From: Candidatus Sysuimicrobiota bacterium
Lineage (GTDB): Bacteria; Sysuimicrobiota; Sysuimicrobiia; Sysuimicrobiales; Sysuimicrobiaceae
DNA: 45,085 bases
Assembly (NCBI GenBank): GCA_040289515.1
Contig: PSLI01000014.1
Location: forward strand, 1-45,085
Reading direction: 5' to 3'
Position 1 is the first letter of the stretch. Every line of letters starts with the position of its first letter. A program made the position numbers and the translations under genes. Under the pieces are notes generated by a model, which saw nothing but the letters and a program-made list of their open reading frames with translations, ran no database searches and was not told the DNA's origin. Positions 1 to 7,567 of the stretch are shown here, piece by piece.

Positions 1-1186
1 TCGGCGCCACGGCGTAAAGCTTCGCCATCGACTCCTGACTGAAGTACCGGCGCTGCACCAGCCACTCGTCCTGCTGCTCCTCCAGCAGCGCCCCCACCAG
101 CCGCAGCACCGCCGCCACGTTCGGGAAGATCCCCACCACGTCGCAGCGCCGCGCCAACTCCCGGTTCAGGCGCTCCAGCACGTTCGTCGAGTGGAGCCGC
201 CGCCAGTGCTCGGCCGGGAACGCCATGTACGCCAGCACCTCGTCCGCCGCCTCCCGCAGCAGCGCCGCCGCCCGGGGGAAGCGGCGCTCGAGGCTGCTAG
301 CCACCTGCTCGAGCTGGCGATAGGCGCTCGCCTGGTCGGGTTGGGCGAAGACCGTCCGGACCATCGCAGCCACCATGGGCTGCGCCTGCTTGGGCACCCG
401 GGCCAGCAGGTTGCGCAGGAAGTGCACCCGGCAGCGCTGCCAGCTCGCCCCCGCCAACACCGCGGCGATCGCCCGCTTCAGCCCCTCGTGGGCATCCGAG
501 ATCACCAGCTTGACGCCCTTCAGCCCGCGCCCGACCAGCCCGCGCAGGAACTCCAGCCAGAACTCGTACGTCTCCGCCGCGCCCACGTCGAAGCCCAGCA
601 CCTCCCGCTCGCCCGTCTCCCGCACCCCCACGGCGATCACCGCCGCCACACTGACCACACGCCCGTCCATGCGCGCCTTGACCGCCTTCGCGTCCAGCCA
701 CACGTACGGGTACTTACCCTCCAGAGGGCGGCGGCGGAACCGCTCCATGCGCTCGTCAAGCTCCGCACAGATGCGCGAGACCTCGCTCTTGCTCAGCCCC
801 TCCAGGCCCAGCGCCTGCACCAGGTCGTCCACCTTGCGGGTGCTGACCCCGTGGACGTAGGCCTCCTGGACGACGGCCAGCAGGGCCCGCTCCGCGCGCC
901 GCCGGGGCTCGAGCAGGCTGGGGAAGTAGCTGCCCCAGCGCAGCTTCGGGATCCGCAGCTCCACCGCGCCCAGGCGGGTCGCCCACTCCCGCCTGCGGTA
1001 CCCGTTGCGGTAGGCGGTCCGTCCCTCGGTCCGCTCGTAGCGCGCGGCGCCGATGCGCTCGCTGAGCTCGAGCTCCATCAGCTGCTGGGCCAGCCAGCGG
1101 ATGCCCTCGCGCAGGGCGTCGAACTCCGGCTGGCTCTGGTGTTTGCGCAGCAACTCGAACAGTGCCATCCTGGAATCGGTGGTCAT
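1..1186 (-). CDS. IS256-family (mutator-type DDE) transposase, 3' end truncated by the window edge
   Basis: Not in the ORF track because there is no stop in the window. Hand translation from ATG 1186 (GGAGG at 1200-1196): MTTDSRMALFELLRK...RNGYR...IPKLRWGSYFPSLLE...YVHGVSTRKV...YPYVWLDA...LVISDAHEGL...WQRCRVHFLRN...STNVLERLNRELARR, which are typical IS256 motifs. Confidence 0.95.
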   Translation of the reverse strand, partial: MTTDSRMALFELLRKHQSQPEFDALREGIRWLAQQLMELELSERIGAARYERTEGRTAYRNGYRRREWATRLGAVELRIPKLRWGSYFPSLLEPRRRAERALLAVVQEAYVHGVSTRKVDDLVQALGLEGLSKSEVSRICAELDERMERFRRRPLEGKYPYVWLDAKAVKARMDGRVVSVAAVIAVGVRETGEREVLGFDVGAAETYEFWLEFLRGLVGRGLKGVKLVISDAHEGLKRAIAAVLAGASWQRCRVHFLRNLLARVPKQAQPMVAAMVRTVFAQPDQASAYRQLEQVASSLERRFPRAAALLREAADEVLAYMAFPAEHWRRLHSTNVLERLNRELARRCDVVGIFPNVAAVLRLVGALLEEQQDEWLVQRRYFSQESMAKLYAVAP

Positions 1187-1313
1187 CGGCGAGTACCTCC
1201 CCTCGTTTGGGTAGTCCAACCCGAAGGGAAGCCGCCGGTGACCCCTTTTGTCAAGGAGCACCAGGCCCGGGCCGCCACGGCCCGCGATTTACACCACTAC
1301 CTGAGACGCTAAC
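1..1313 (-). mobile_element. IS256-family insertion sequence, left end present, right end outside the window
   Basis: Contains an IS256-type transposase. The minus-strand sequence GTTAGCGTCTCAGGTAGTGGTGTAAA (1313-1288) resembles IS256-family terminal inverted repeats. The exact boundary is uncertain by a few bp, and the target duplication cannot be checked. Confidence 0.8.
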
Positions 1314-1357
1314 GCGGCCAAAGCGATAGCGATGAGGACGGGTCGAGTTCTGCTCAG
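1314..1357 (-). pseudogene. Possible 5' stub of an exported-protein gene interrupted by the IS256
   Basis: AAGGAGG (1372-1366), an 8-nt spacer, then CTG AGC AGA ACT CGA CCC GTC CTC ATC GCT ATC GCT TTG GCC GC = (M)SRTRPVLIAIALA, which is signal-peptide-like and abuts the IS end. Confidence 0.4.
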
Positions 1358-1403
1358 GCGACGCCCCTCCTTCCCCCCGGGACCGAACGACGCACGGCGG
1401 CTC

Positions 1404-1922
1404 TTAGAACTTCTCCCCGCCCGGACCCAGGGCCGGGAGGCGTACGGGCAGCAGGGCGCTGAGAGTGCCGTGCAGGGCCAACTGCCCGCTCACGAGGTAC
1501 GGCCCCACCACGGAGCGCTCCACGTCCTTCTGCACTGCGGGGGCGAAGGGTGCCGCCAACAGGAAGGTGACCAGCACGATCCCCAACAGCGCCCCCTTTA
1601 CCACCCCGGAAAGCCCGCCCAGCACGATGGCGGCATCCGTGGCGGCCTTGCGGCCCGCGATCCAGGCGGTCAGGTAGTTACCCACCACCACGAACAGCAA
1701 AAACAGCACCGCGAAGGACACCGTGGCTGCCCAGTCCGGCCAGGGAAAGGTGGTACCGAAGAAGGTCTCCGCTGCCGGGCGGAACAGCAGGGCCGCGCCC
1801 ACGTAGCTCAGCAGCGCGAACAGGGCCTCCAGGAGCGTCCGCACCGGGCCCCGCTGGAGGCCCAGCAGGATCGTGACCAGCAGGATCGCCAGCGTCACCC
1901 AGTCCAGCCACGTGGGCGTCAC
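1404..1922 (-). CDS. cvpA: CvpA (colicin V production) family membrane protein
   Basis: WLDWVTLAILLVTILLGLQRG N-terminus, four hydrophobic segments, D..LGGLSGVVKG motif; sits downstream of pheT; GGAGG upstream of the GTG. Confidence 0.85.
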   Translation of the reverse strand: MTPTWLDWVTLAILLVTILLGLQRGPVRTLLEALFALLSYVGAALLFRPAAETFFGTTFPWPDWAATVSFAVLFLLFVVVGNYLTAWIAGRKAATDAAIVLGGLSGVVKGALLGIVLVTFLLAAPFAPAVQKDVERSVVGPYLVSGQLALHGTLSALLPVRLPALGPGGEKF

Positions 1923-1974
1923 TCGTCACCTCCGATCGACGCTGGTTCGCCTCCGCCCGGCGGGTTCCTGCCGC

Positions 1975-4041
1975 CTACCGGAAGGCCGCCCCGAGCCGTT
2001 CCCGCAGGGCTTCCCTCACCCGGTCCAACAGCCGGTCCACCTCCTCCGAATGCAGGGTGCGCGCGGGGTCGCGGAAACGGAGGCGGACCGCCACGCTCTT
2101 GTGGCCCTCGGGCACGGGCGGGCCCGTGTACACGTCGAAGGGCTCGCACGCCTCCAGAAGCCCGCCTGACACCTCCCGCACCACCCGCACTACCTCCCCC
2201 GCGGGCACCGATCCCTCTACCACCACCGCCAGATCCCGCTCCACCGCCGGGGTGTAGGCCAGCGGACGGTACTGCGGGGCCCAGCGGGCGGCCCGCACGA
2301 GCGGCTCCAACTGCAGCTCCGCCACATACGCACGATCCCGCAGGTCGTACCGCTCGCAGACTTCAGGGTGCAGCTCGCCCAGCCAGCCCACCGGCTGCCC
2401 GCCCACCCACAGGGCTGCGGCGCGGTACGGATGCAGCCACGGCAGCGCCTGCGGCCGCAGCTCCCAGTCCTCCACGTGCAGCGCCTCCAGCAGGGACTCC
2501 ACCACCCCCTTAAGGTGGTGAAAGCTGGTGCGCACCGCTTCCTGGGGCAGGTTCCAGGTGCCGACCAGGCTGCGGCCCATCTGTGCCATCCCCACCACCT
2601 TCAGCTCCTCCCAGCCCCCGGAAGCGGTGCGGAACACCCGGCCCACCTCGAACACGTGCACGTCCGCGTTGCCGCGTGCGCGGTTGGTGCGCAGGACCTC
2701 CAACAGGCACGGCAGCAGCGTCGGGCGCAGGTGCGTGTGGTCCTGGGTGAGGGGGTTGCGCAGGGGAACGGCCCGGTGCAGGGGGTGCTCGCGCGGGATG
2801 CCCGCTCGGTCCAGGTCCGCCTCGCGCACCAGGCTCAGGGTCAGCACCTCCGAAAGGCCCGCCCGCAGCAGCAGCTGGCGGACGCGGCGCTCCGCCTCCA
2901 CCGCTGGCTCTACAGAACCCACGCCCAGGATCTCCACCGGCAGGGTCTCCGGGATGCGGTCGTAGCCGAAGATGCGGGCCACCTCCTCGATGAGATCCTC
3001 CTCCTGCTCTACGTCCCGGCGGTGGCTGGGCACCGTCACCGACCACCGATCACCGGCCCGCTCCACCTGAAACCCCAGCCGCTCCAGGATATCCGCGGCC
3101 TCGGAGTCGGGTACCTGCACTCCCAGCACCCGGCGCATGCGGTCCGGTCGCAAAAGGACCCGGCGCCCGGGCTGCGGGTCCGGGTAAAAGTCCAGTTCTC
3201 CCCGCAGCACCCGGCCACCGGCCAGTTCCTGCACCAGCTGCGCGGCCCGGGCCGCGGCGAAGCGCGCCCGTTCGGGGTCCCCGCCCCGCTCGTGCCGGGT
3301 GCTGCCCTCCGTGCGCATCCCCAGGGCCCGCGCGGTCCGCCGCACAGCCGCGGGGTGAAACCACGCGGACTCCAGCAGCACCCGACGGGTCTCGGCCCGG
3401 ATCTCGGTATCCAGACCGCCCATGACGCCACCCAGAGCCACCACCCGCTCCCGGTCCGCGATAACCAGCGCGCCTGGGTGAAGCCGGCGCTCCACTCCGT
3501 CCAAGGTCACAAGCACCTCACCCGCGCGGGCGGCTCTCACCACCACACCCCCTCCCACCAGCCGGTCCAGGTCGAAGGCGTGCAGGGGCTGCCCGGTCTC
3601 CAGCATGACGTAGTTGGTCACGTCCACCACGTTGTTGATGCTGCGGATGCCGCACCGCTCCAGCCGCTCCACCATCCAGGGAGGTGAAAGACCTACCTTC
3701 ACGTCCACCACCACACGCCCCACGTAGCGGTAGCAAAGCCCGGGGTCTGCGACCTCCACCCACGCCACCTGGAAAGCCGGGGGGTCGGTCTCCTTCAGGC
3801 GCACCTCGGGCAGCCGCAGCCGCCCCCGGCAGGCGGCGGCCACCTCGCGGGCGATCCCCAACATCCCCGTCCAGTCCGGACGGTTGGTCGTAGTCTCCAG
3901 GTCAAACACCCAGTCGTCCCCCACCCGCTCCACCGCCTCTACCCCCAGGCCCAGCATGGCGAAGCGCTCCACCCACTCCGCGGGGTCCGGTGGGGTAGGT
4001 AGATCCACCAGCTCCATCAGCCAGCTCCACAGCACCCGCAT
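1975..4041 (-). CDS. pheT: Phenylalanine--tRNA ligase beta subunit (short form lacking the B2 OB-fold domain)
   Basis: TTNRPD..GIAREVAA, RSINNVVDVTNYVMLETGQPLHAFD, DLIEEVARIFGYD, C-terminal anticodon-binding domain (ERDLAVVV...FDVY...KSVAVRLRFR); 688 aa. Confidence 0.97.
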   Translation of the reverse strand: MRVLWSWLMELVDLPTPPDPAEWVERFAMLGLGVEAVERVGDDWVFDLETTTNRPDWTGMLGIAREVAAACRGRLRLPEVRLKETDPPAFQVAWVEVADPGLCYRYVGRVVVDVKVGLSPPWMVERLERCGIRSINNVVDVTNYVMLETGQPLHAFDLDRLVGGGVVVRAARAGEVLVTLDGVERRLHPGALVIADRERVVALGGVMGGLDTEIRAETRRVLLESAWFHPAAVRRTARALGMRTEGSTRHERGGDPERARFAAARAAQLVQELAGGRVLRGELDFYPDPQPGRRVLLRPDRMRRVLGVQVPDSEAADILERLGFQVERAGDRWSVTVPSHRRDVEQEEDLIEEVARIFGYDRIPETLPVEILGVGSVEPAVEAERRVRQLLLRAGLSEVLTLSLVREADLDRAGIPREHPLHRAVPLRNPLTQDHTHLRPTLLPCLLEVLRTNRARGNADVHVFEVGRVFRTASGGWEELKVVGMAQMGRSLVGTWNLPQEAVRTSFHHLKGVVESLLEALHVEDWELRPQALPWLHPYRAAALWVGGQPVGWLGELHPEVCERYDLRDRAYVAELQLEPLVRAARWAPQYRPLAYTPAVERDLAVVVEGSVPAGEVVRVVREVSGGLLEACEPFDVYTGPPVPEGHKSVAVRLRFRDPARTLHSEEVDRLLDRVREALRERLGAAFR
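3814..3900. repeat. 87-bp direct repeat, copy 1 (native pheT codons 48-76)
   Basis: Matches 4816-4902 at 86 of 87 positions; the single mismatch is A3880 vs G4882. Confidence 0.95.
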
Positions 4042-4050
4042 GGCGAAACC

Positions 4051-5103
4051 TCAGAACTGCGCCAGAAAGCGCACGTCGTTCTCCCAGAACAGGCGGATGT
4101 CGTCGATCCCGTAGCGCACCATGGCGGGCCGGTCCACCCCACAGCCGAAGGCGAAGGCCGTGTACCGCTCGGGGTCGATGCCCGCCGTCTCCAGCACCCG
4201 GGGATGGAACATGCCGCAGCCCCCGATCTCCAGCCACCGGCCCCGGAAAAACACCGCGATCTCCGCGCTGGGCTCCGTAAACGGGAAGTAGGACGGCTGA
4301 AAGCGCACCCGGGCCTCGGGCCCCCACAACTGGCGGGCGAACTCCGCCAGCACCCCCTTCAGGTCGGAAAAGCGGATGCCCTCTCCCACCATAAACCCGT
4401 CCACCTGGTGGAACACGGGCATGTGGGTGCTGTCCACCACATCCCGGCGGTAGCACCGACCCACAGTCACCAGGCGGATGGGCGGCTGGCGGTGGGGCAT
4501 CACCCGCGCGTCCACCGCGGTGCACTGGGTCCGCAGCAAGTGCTGGTCGTCCAGATAGAAGGAGTCCTGGGCGTCCCGGGCGGGATGGTCCTCGGGAATG
4601 TTCAAGCGGCGAAAGTTGAACTCCTCCGTTTCCAGCTCCGGGCCGTCCACCACCTCAAAGCCCATGGACCGGAAGATGTCGCGGATTTCCTCCATCATGC
4701 GCCCCAGCACGTGCTCCCGGCCCAAGGGGGGTCGGCGTCCGGGCAAGGTTACGTCCACCGCCTCCGCCCGCAGTCGCTGCTCCATCTCCCGAGCCCGAAC
4801 GAGGTCCAGCCGTTCCCGCAGCCGCCCCCGGCAGGCGGCGGCCACCTCGCGGGCGATCCCCAACATCCCCGTCCAGTCCGGGCGGTTGGTCGTAGTCTCC
4901 AGCCACATCTTCAGCTGGTTGAGAGCTGCGCCCACGGCCGCCCGCTCGTGGGCGGGCAGCTGCGGCACAGACCGCAGCAGCCGGGTGAGCTCTCCCTTGC
5001 GGCCCAGGAACCTGCGCCGGACCTCCTCCACCTGGTCCGCGGTGGTGGCCGCCTCCAGTTCCTGAGTCGCGCGCTGGCGAAGGGCACGCACAGGCTCGTC
5101 CAT
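4051..5103 (-). CDS. pheS: Phenylalanine--tRNA ligase alpha subunit carrying a 23-aa pheT-derived insertion
   Basis: FLGRKG, DVTLPG, HPARDAQDSFY, LLRTQ, FHQVDG, RFQPSYFPFTEPS, GIDDIRLFWENDVRFLAQF. True start taken as ATG 5103 after GGAGG; the ORF-track extension to 5178 runs into the T-box. Confidence 0.96.
   Translation of the reverse strand: MDEPVRALRQRATQELEAATTADQVEEVRRRFLGRKGELTRLLRSVPQLPAHERAAVGAALNQLKMWLETTTNRPDWTGMLGIAREVAAACRGRLRERLDLVRAREMEQRLRAEAVDVTLPGRRPPLGREHVLGRMMEEIRDIFRSMGFEVVDGPELETEEFNFRRLNIPEDHPARDAQDSFYLDDQHLLRTQCTAVDARVMPHRQPPIRLVTVGRCYRRDVVDSTHMPVFHQVDGFMVGEGIRFSDLKGVLAEFARQLWGPEARVRFQPSYFPFTEPSAEIAVFFRGRWLEIGGCGMFHPRVLETAGIDPERYTAFAFGCGVDRPAMVRYGIDDIRLFWENDVRFLAQF
4816..4902. 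repeat. 87-bp direct repeat, copy 2 (inside pheS, in frame)
   Basis: Encodes LETTTNRPDWTGMLGIAREVAAACRGRLR, identical to PheT residues 48-76; 1002 bp from copy 1. Confidence 0.95.
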
Positions 5104-5335
5104 CGCCGAACCCCTCCGCACGCGGGCGCGCCTCCGCGGTTCCACCCTGCTTCCGGGAAGAACATCTCTTCCCGACACTCCTGCCGCTGTAGCGGGTGGA
5201 CCCGGCGGGCATTACCGGCGGCTTCTGCCGCGTTCCTCTCGCGGCTCCGGGGCGAACGCCCACAGCCCGAGCCGCCGGGGGCTCTCACCCATTCCCCCCT
5301 GCAGTCGCGGGGCTCCCGCGCTCTCCGTCCTCGCC
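5104..5335 (-). ncRNA. T-box riboswitch leader, Phe specifier
   Basis: T-box motif AGGGTGGAACCGCGG (5148-5134); stem I-like region with apical GGTGAGAG; TTC specifier at 5256-5254 followed by GCCCCGGAG; directly upstream of pheS. Confidence 0.85.
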
Positions 5336-5455
5336 TCAGTTCCAGACGAACCGGGCGTACGCGTGGGCCCGGCGCAGCCTGCGGTACACCACGTATGCCC
5401 ACACCGCCCCGGTCCTTTGGAACACGTCCCAGAAGAACTCTGACGTCCAGAACAT
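5336..5455 (-). CDS. YqzL-like small protein (39 aa)
   Basis: Below the ORF-track cutoff. MFWTSEFFWDVFQRTGAVWAYVVYRRLRRAHAYARFVWN; the FW..F..TG....Y..YR.L pattern recalls the YqzL family; AGGGG upstream. Confidence 0.7.
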   Translation of the reverse strand: MFWTSEFFWDVFQRTGAVWAYVVYRRLRRAHAYARFVWN

Positions 5456-5489
5456 GACGTCCCCTGCGCGAGGCCGGTGCTTTGGCCGC

Positions 5490-5498
5490 AGTATACCA
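5490..5498 (-). promoter_or_regulatory. Putative extended -10 promoter (TGgTATACT) for yqzL-like/T-box/pheST
   Basis: Near-consensus TGn-TATACT in a short intergenic gap of a GC-rich genome. Confidence 0.6.
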
Positions 5499-5507
5499 GC
5501 AGGCCTG

Positions 5508-6263
5508 CTACGCCGTCCACGCGCGGCGGGCTTCGTACAAAAGCACCGCAGCGGCGGCCGTCACGTTCAGGGACTCCACGCCGGCTGCGAGGGGCACCCG
5601 CACTGTGCGGCCGCACGGCCAGGCGTGCGCGGGCCCGTGCGCCTCGCTGCCGAACACCAGAGCCACGGGTGGGGTGTAGTCCGCCTGTCGGTAGTCCACC
5701 TCGCCCCGAGGATCCGCCACCCACACCTGGCCGCGCGCACACACCTCCCCGGGCGTGGCAGAGACCACGGGAAGGGCCAGACACGAACCCGCGCTGCCCC
5801 GCAGAGCCCGCGGGTGGAAGGGGTCCGCGCCCCCGGGCAGAACCGCCACCGCGTCGAAGCCCGCCGCGTGCGCGGTCCTCACCAGGGCTCCCAGGTTGCC
5901 GGGGTCCTGCAATCCATCCGCGACCGCTAGAAACCGCCACCGCAAGCTCGAAAGCGACACCCGGGGAGGAAGCCGCACCACAGCCGCCACGGGCTGCGGG
6001 GTCTTAACGTCGGACAGCGCCTCCAGCACGCGGCCGGAGACGGGCCGCGTGGGTACGCCCCTGCTGCGGGCCCGCCGCTCCAGGGCCTCCACCTCGGAGC
6101 TCGAGTAGGGAACGAACAGCAGCTCCTCCACCCGGTCCACCCGCAGGGCCGCCTCCACCAACCGCACCCCGGTGACGAGCGCCCGGCCCGTCCGGGTCCG
6201 CTCCAGGCGATCCCGCAGGGCCCGGAGGGCTCGCACGTGCGGGTTTCGGGGGCTTGTGATCAC
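5508..6263 (-). CDS. TrmH/SpoU family RNA 2'-O-methyltransferase
   Basis: ITSPRNP, LQDPGNLGALVRTA, LVFGSEAHG, VESLNV SPOUT motifs; usual position between rplT and pheS. Confidence 0.92.
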   Translation of the reverse strand: MITSPRNPHVRALRALRDRLERTRTGRALVTGVRLVEAALRVDRVEELLFVPYSSSEVEALERRARSRGVPTRPVSGRVLEALSDVKTPQPVAAVVRLPPRVSLSSLRWRFLAVADGLQDPGNLGALVRTAHAAGFDAVAVLPGGADPFHPRALRGSAGSCLALPVVSATPGEVCARGQVWVADPRGEVDYRQADYTPPVALVFGSEAHGPAHAWPCGRTVRVPLAAGVESLNVTAAAAVLLYEARRAWTA

Positions 6264-6282
6264 CCGGAGGGATTGGGGAGGC

Positions 6283-6633
6283 CTACTGTCCCGTTACCCG
6301 GCGCACGATCTCCGCGAAGGCCTCCTGGTCCCGCACGGCCAGATCCGCAAGGACCTTGCGGTTGATGGCCACCCCGTGGGTCCGGAGGGCGTGGATGAGC
6401 CGGCTGTAGGACAGCCCGTGCTGGCGGGCCGCGGCGTTGATGCGGGTAATCCACAGGCGGCGGAAGTCCCGCTTTCGCTGGCGACGGTGCCGGTAGGCGG
6501 CCGCCAGGGCGCGGATCACGTACTGGTTGGCCAGCTTGAACCAGCGATTCTTCTTCCCCCAGAAGCCCTTTGCCAGTTTGAGGATCTTCTTGTGACGGGC
6601 GCGCGTCGTCTTCCCGCGCTTGACCCTCGCCAT
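6283..6633 (-). CDS. rplT: 50S ribosomal protein L20
   Basis: MARVKRG...[17 protein letters not shown]...[11 protein letters not shown]. Confidence 0.98.
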   Translation of the reverse strand: MARVKRGKTTRARHKKILKLAKGFWGKKNRWFKLANQYVIRALAAAYRHRRQRKRDFRRLWITRINAAARQHGLSYSRLIHALRTHGVAINRKVLADLAVRDQEAFAEIVRRVTGQ

Positions 6634-6657
6634 GGCACAACCTCCTTGAAAAGCCCG

Positions 6658-6855
6658 TCAGTCGTACGGCAGCAGGCGGCGCAGGCGGCCTGCGTCCACG
6701 GGTGCGACCGCCACCTGCCGGCCCAGGTCCCGTCGCCGCCGCGGGCTCTTCTTCTGTTTCAGGTGCCCACCCCCCTGACGGCCCCGCATGAGCTTGCCGG
6801 TCCCTGTGATGCGGATCCGCTTGCGGGCCCCCTGGTGCGTCTTGGCCTTCGACAT
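6658..6855 (-). CDS. rpmI: 50S ribosomal protein L35
   Basis: KAKTHQGARKRIRITGTGK; lies between infC and rplT. Confidence 0.96.
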   Translation of the reverse strand: MSKAKTHQGARKRIRITGTGKLMRGRQGGGHLKQKKSPRRRRDLGRQVAVAPVDAGRLRRLLPYD

Positions 6856-6873
6856 GCTCCCTCCTCCCCAACC

Positions 6874-7386
6874 CTATTGCCGGGCCGGGCTCAACACCAT
6901 GACCATGTTGCGGCCTTCCATGCTGGGCGGCCGTTCCACGTGCGCGATCTCCGACACGTACTCCGCAAGCCGGTCCAGGATCTGACGCCCGAGTTCCGGG
7001 TGGACCATCTCCCGACCCCGGAACCACATCTCCACCTTCACCTTGTGACCCTCCTGCAGGAACCCGTAGATGAGCTTGGCCTTGGTCTGGAAGTCGTGGT
7101 CGCCGATCTTGGGCGTCATGCGCATCCGCTTCACCTCGGAGATCCGCTGCTTGCGGTGCGCTTGCCGGTCCCGCTTGCTCTGCTCGTACTTGTACCGCCC
7201 GTAGTCCATGATCTTGGCCACGGGCGGGCTGGCCGTGGGCGCCACCTCCACCAGGTCCAGCCCCATCTCCCGCGCCCGCCGCAGGGCCTCCTGCACGGGG
7301 ACGATCCCCAGCTGCTCCCCGCCGGGGCCGATCAGCCGGACTTCCCGGATTCGGATGCGCTCGTTCACCCTCGGCTCGCGCTCTAT
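6874..7386 (-). CDS. infC: Translation initiation factor IF-3, non-canonical ATA start
   Basis: RVNERIR..EVRLI, LDLVEVAP..PPVAKIMDYG, FRGRE. In-frame ATA at 7386-7384 directly after GAGGAGGGG. Confidence 0.95.
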   Translation of the reverse strand: MEREPRVNERIRIREVRLIGPGGEQLGIVPVQEALRRAREMGLDLVEVAPTASPPVAKIMDYGRYKYEQSKRDRQAHRKQRISEVKRMRMTPKIGDHDFQTKAKLIYGFLQEGHKVKVEMWFRGREMVHPELGRQILDRLAEYVSEIAHVERPPSMEGRNMVMVLSPARQ

Positions 7387-7429
7387 GCTCTCCCCTCCTC
7401 GGCACCCTCCAGCGCCAGGAACGCCAGGA

Positions 7430-7529
7430 AAATGAAATCGGGCGCAGAAAGCCTCCACGCCCGCACCTGTGTTGCCCGTTGGACCCGGCTGGCCAAGCCG
7501 CCGGGTGAGAAGCGTGGCGCTTCTGCTTC
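7430..7529 (-). ncRNA. L20 ribosomal protein leader (infC-rpmI-rplT autoregulation)
   Basis: AAGCAGAAGCGCCACGCTTCTCACC...GTGCGGGCGTGGAGGCTTTCTG resembles the Firmicute L20 leader (GAAGCACCCGCUUCUCACC) and is in the expected position. Confidence 0.75.
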
Positions 7530-7538
7530 GGCGCTGTC

Positions 7539-7567
7539 ACCATAACACGGTGGGGGATGATCGTCAA
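7539..7567 (-). promoter_or_regulatory. Sigma70-type promoter for the infC operon: TTGACG-N17-TATGGT with TG extension
   Basis: -35 at 7567-7562, -10 at 7544-7539, 17-bp spacer, just upstream of the L20 leader. Confidence 0.7.

Noticed and set aside
191..1312. 373-aa plus-strand ORF
   Set aside because: Antisense shadow of the IS256 transposase.
3814..4902. pheT/pheS repeat as a diversity-generating retroelement TR/VR pair
   Set aside because: Only one mismatch, no reverse transcriptase or accessory gene in the window, and both copies lie inside housekeeping genes.
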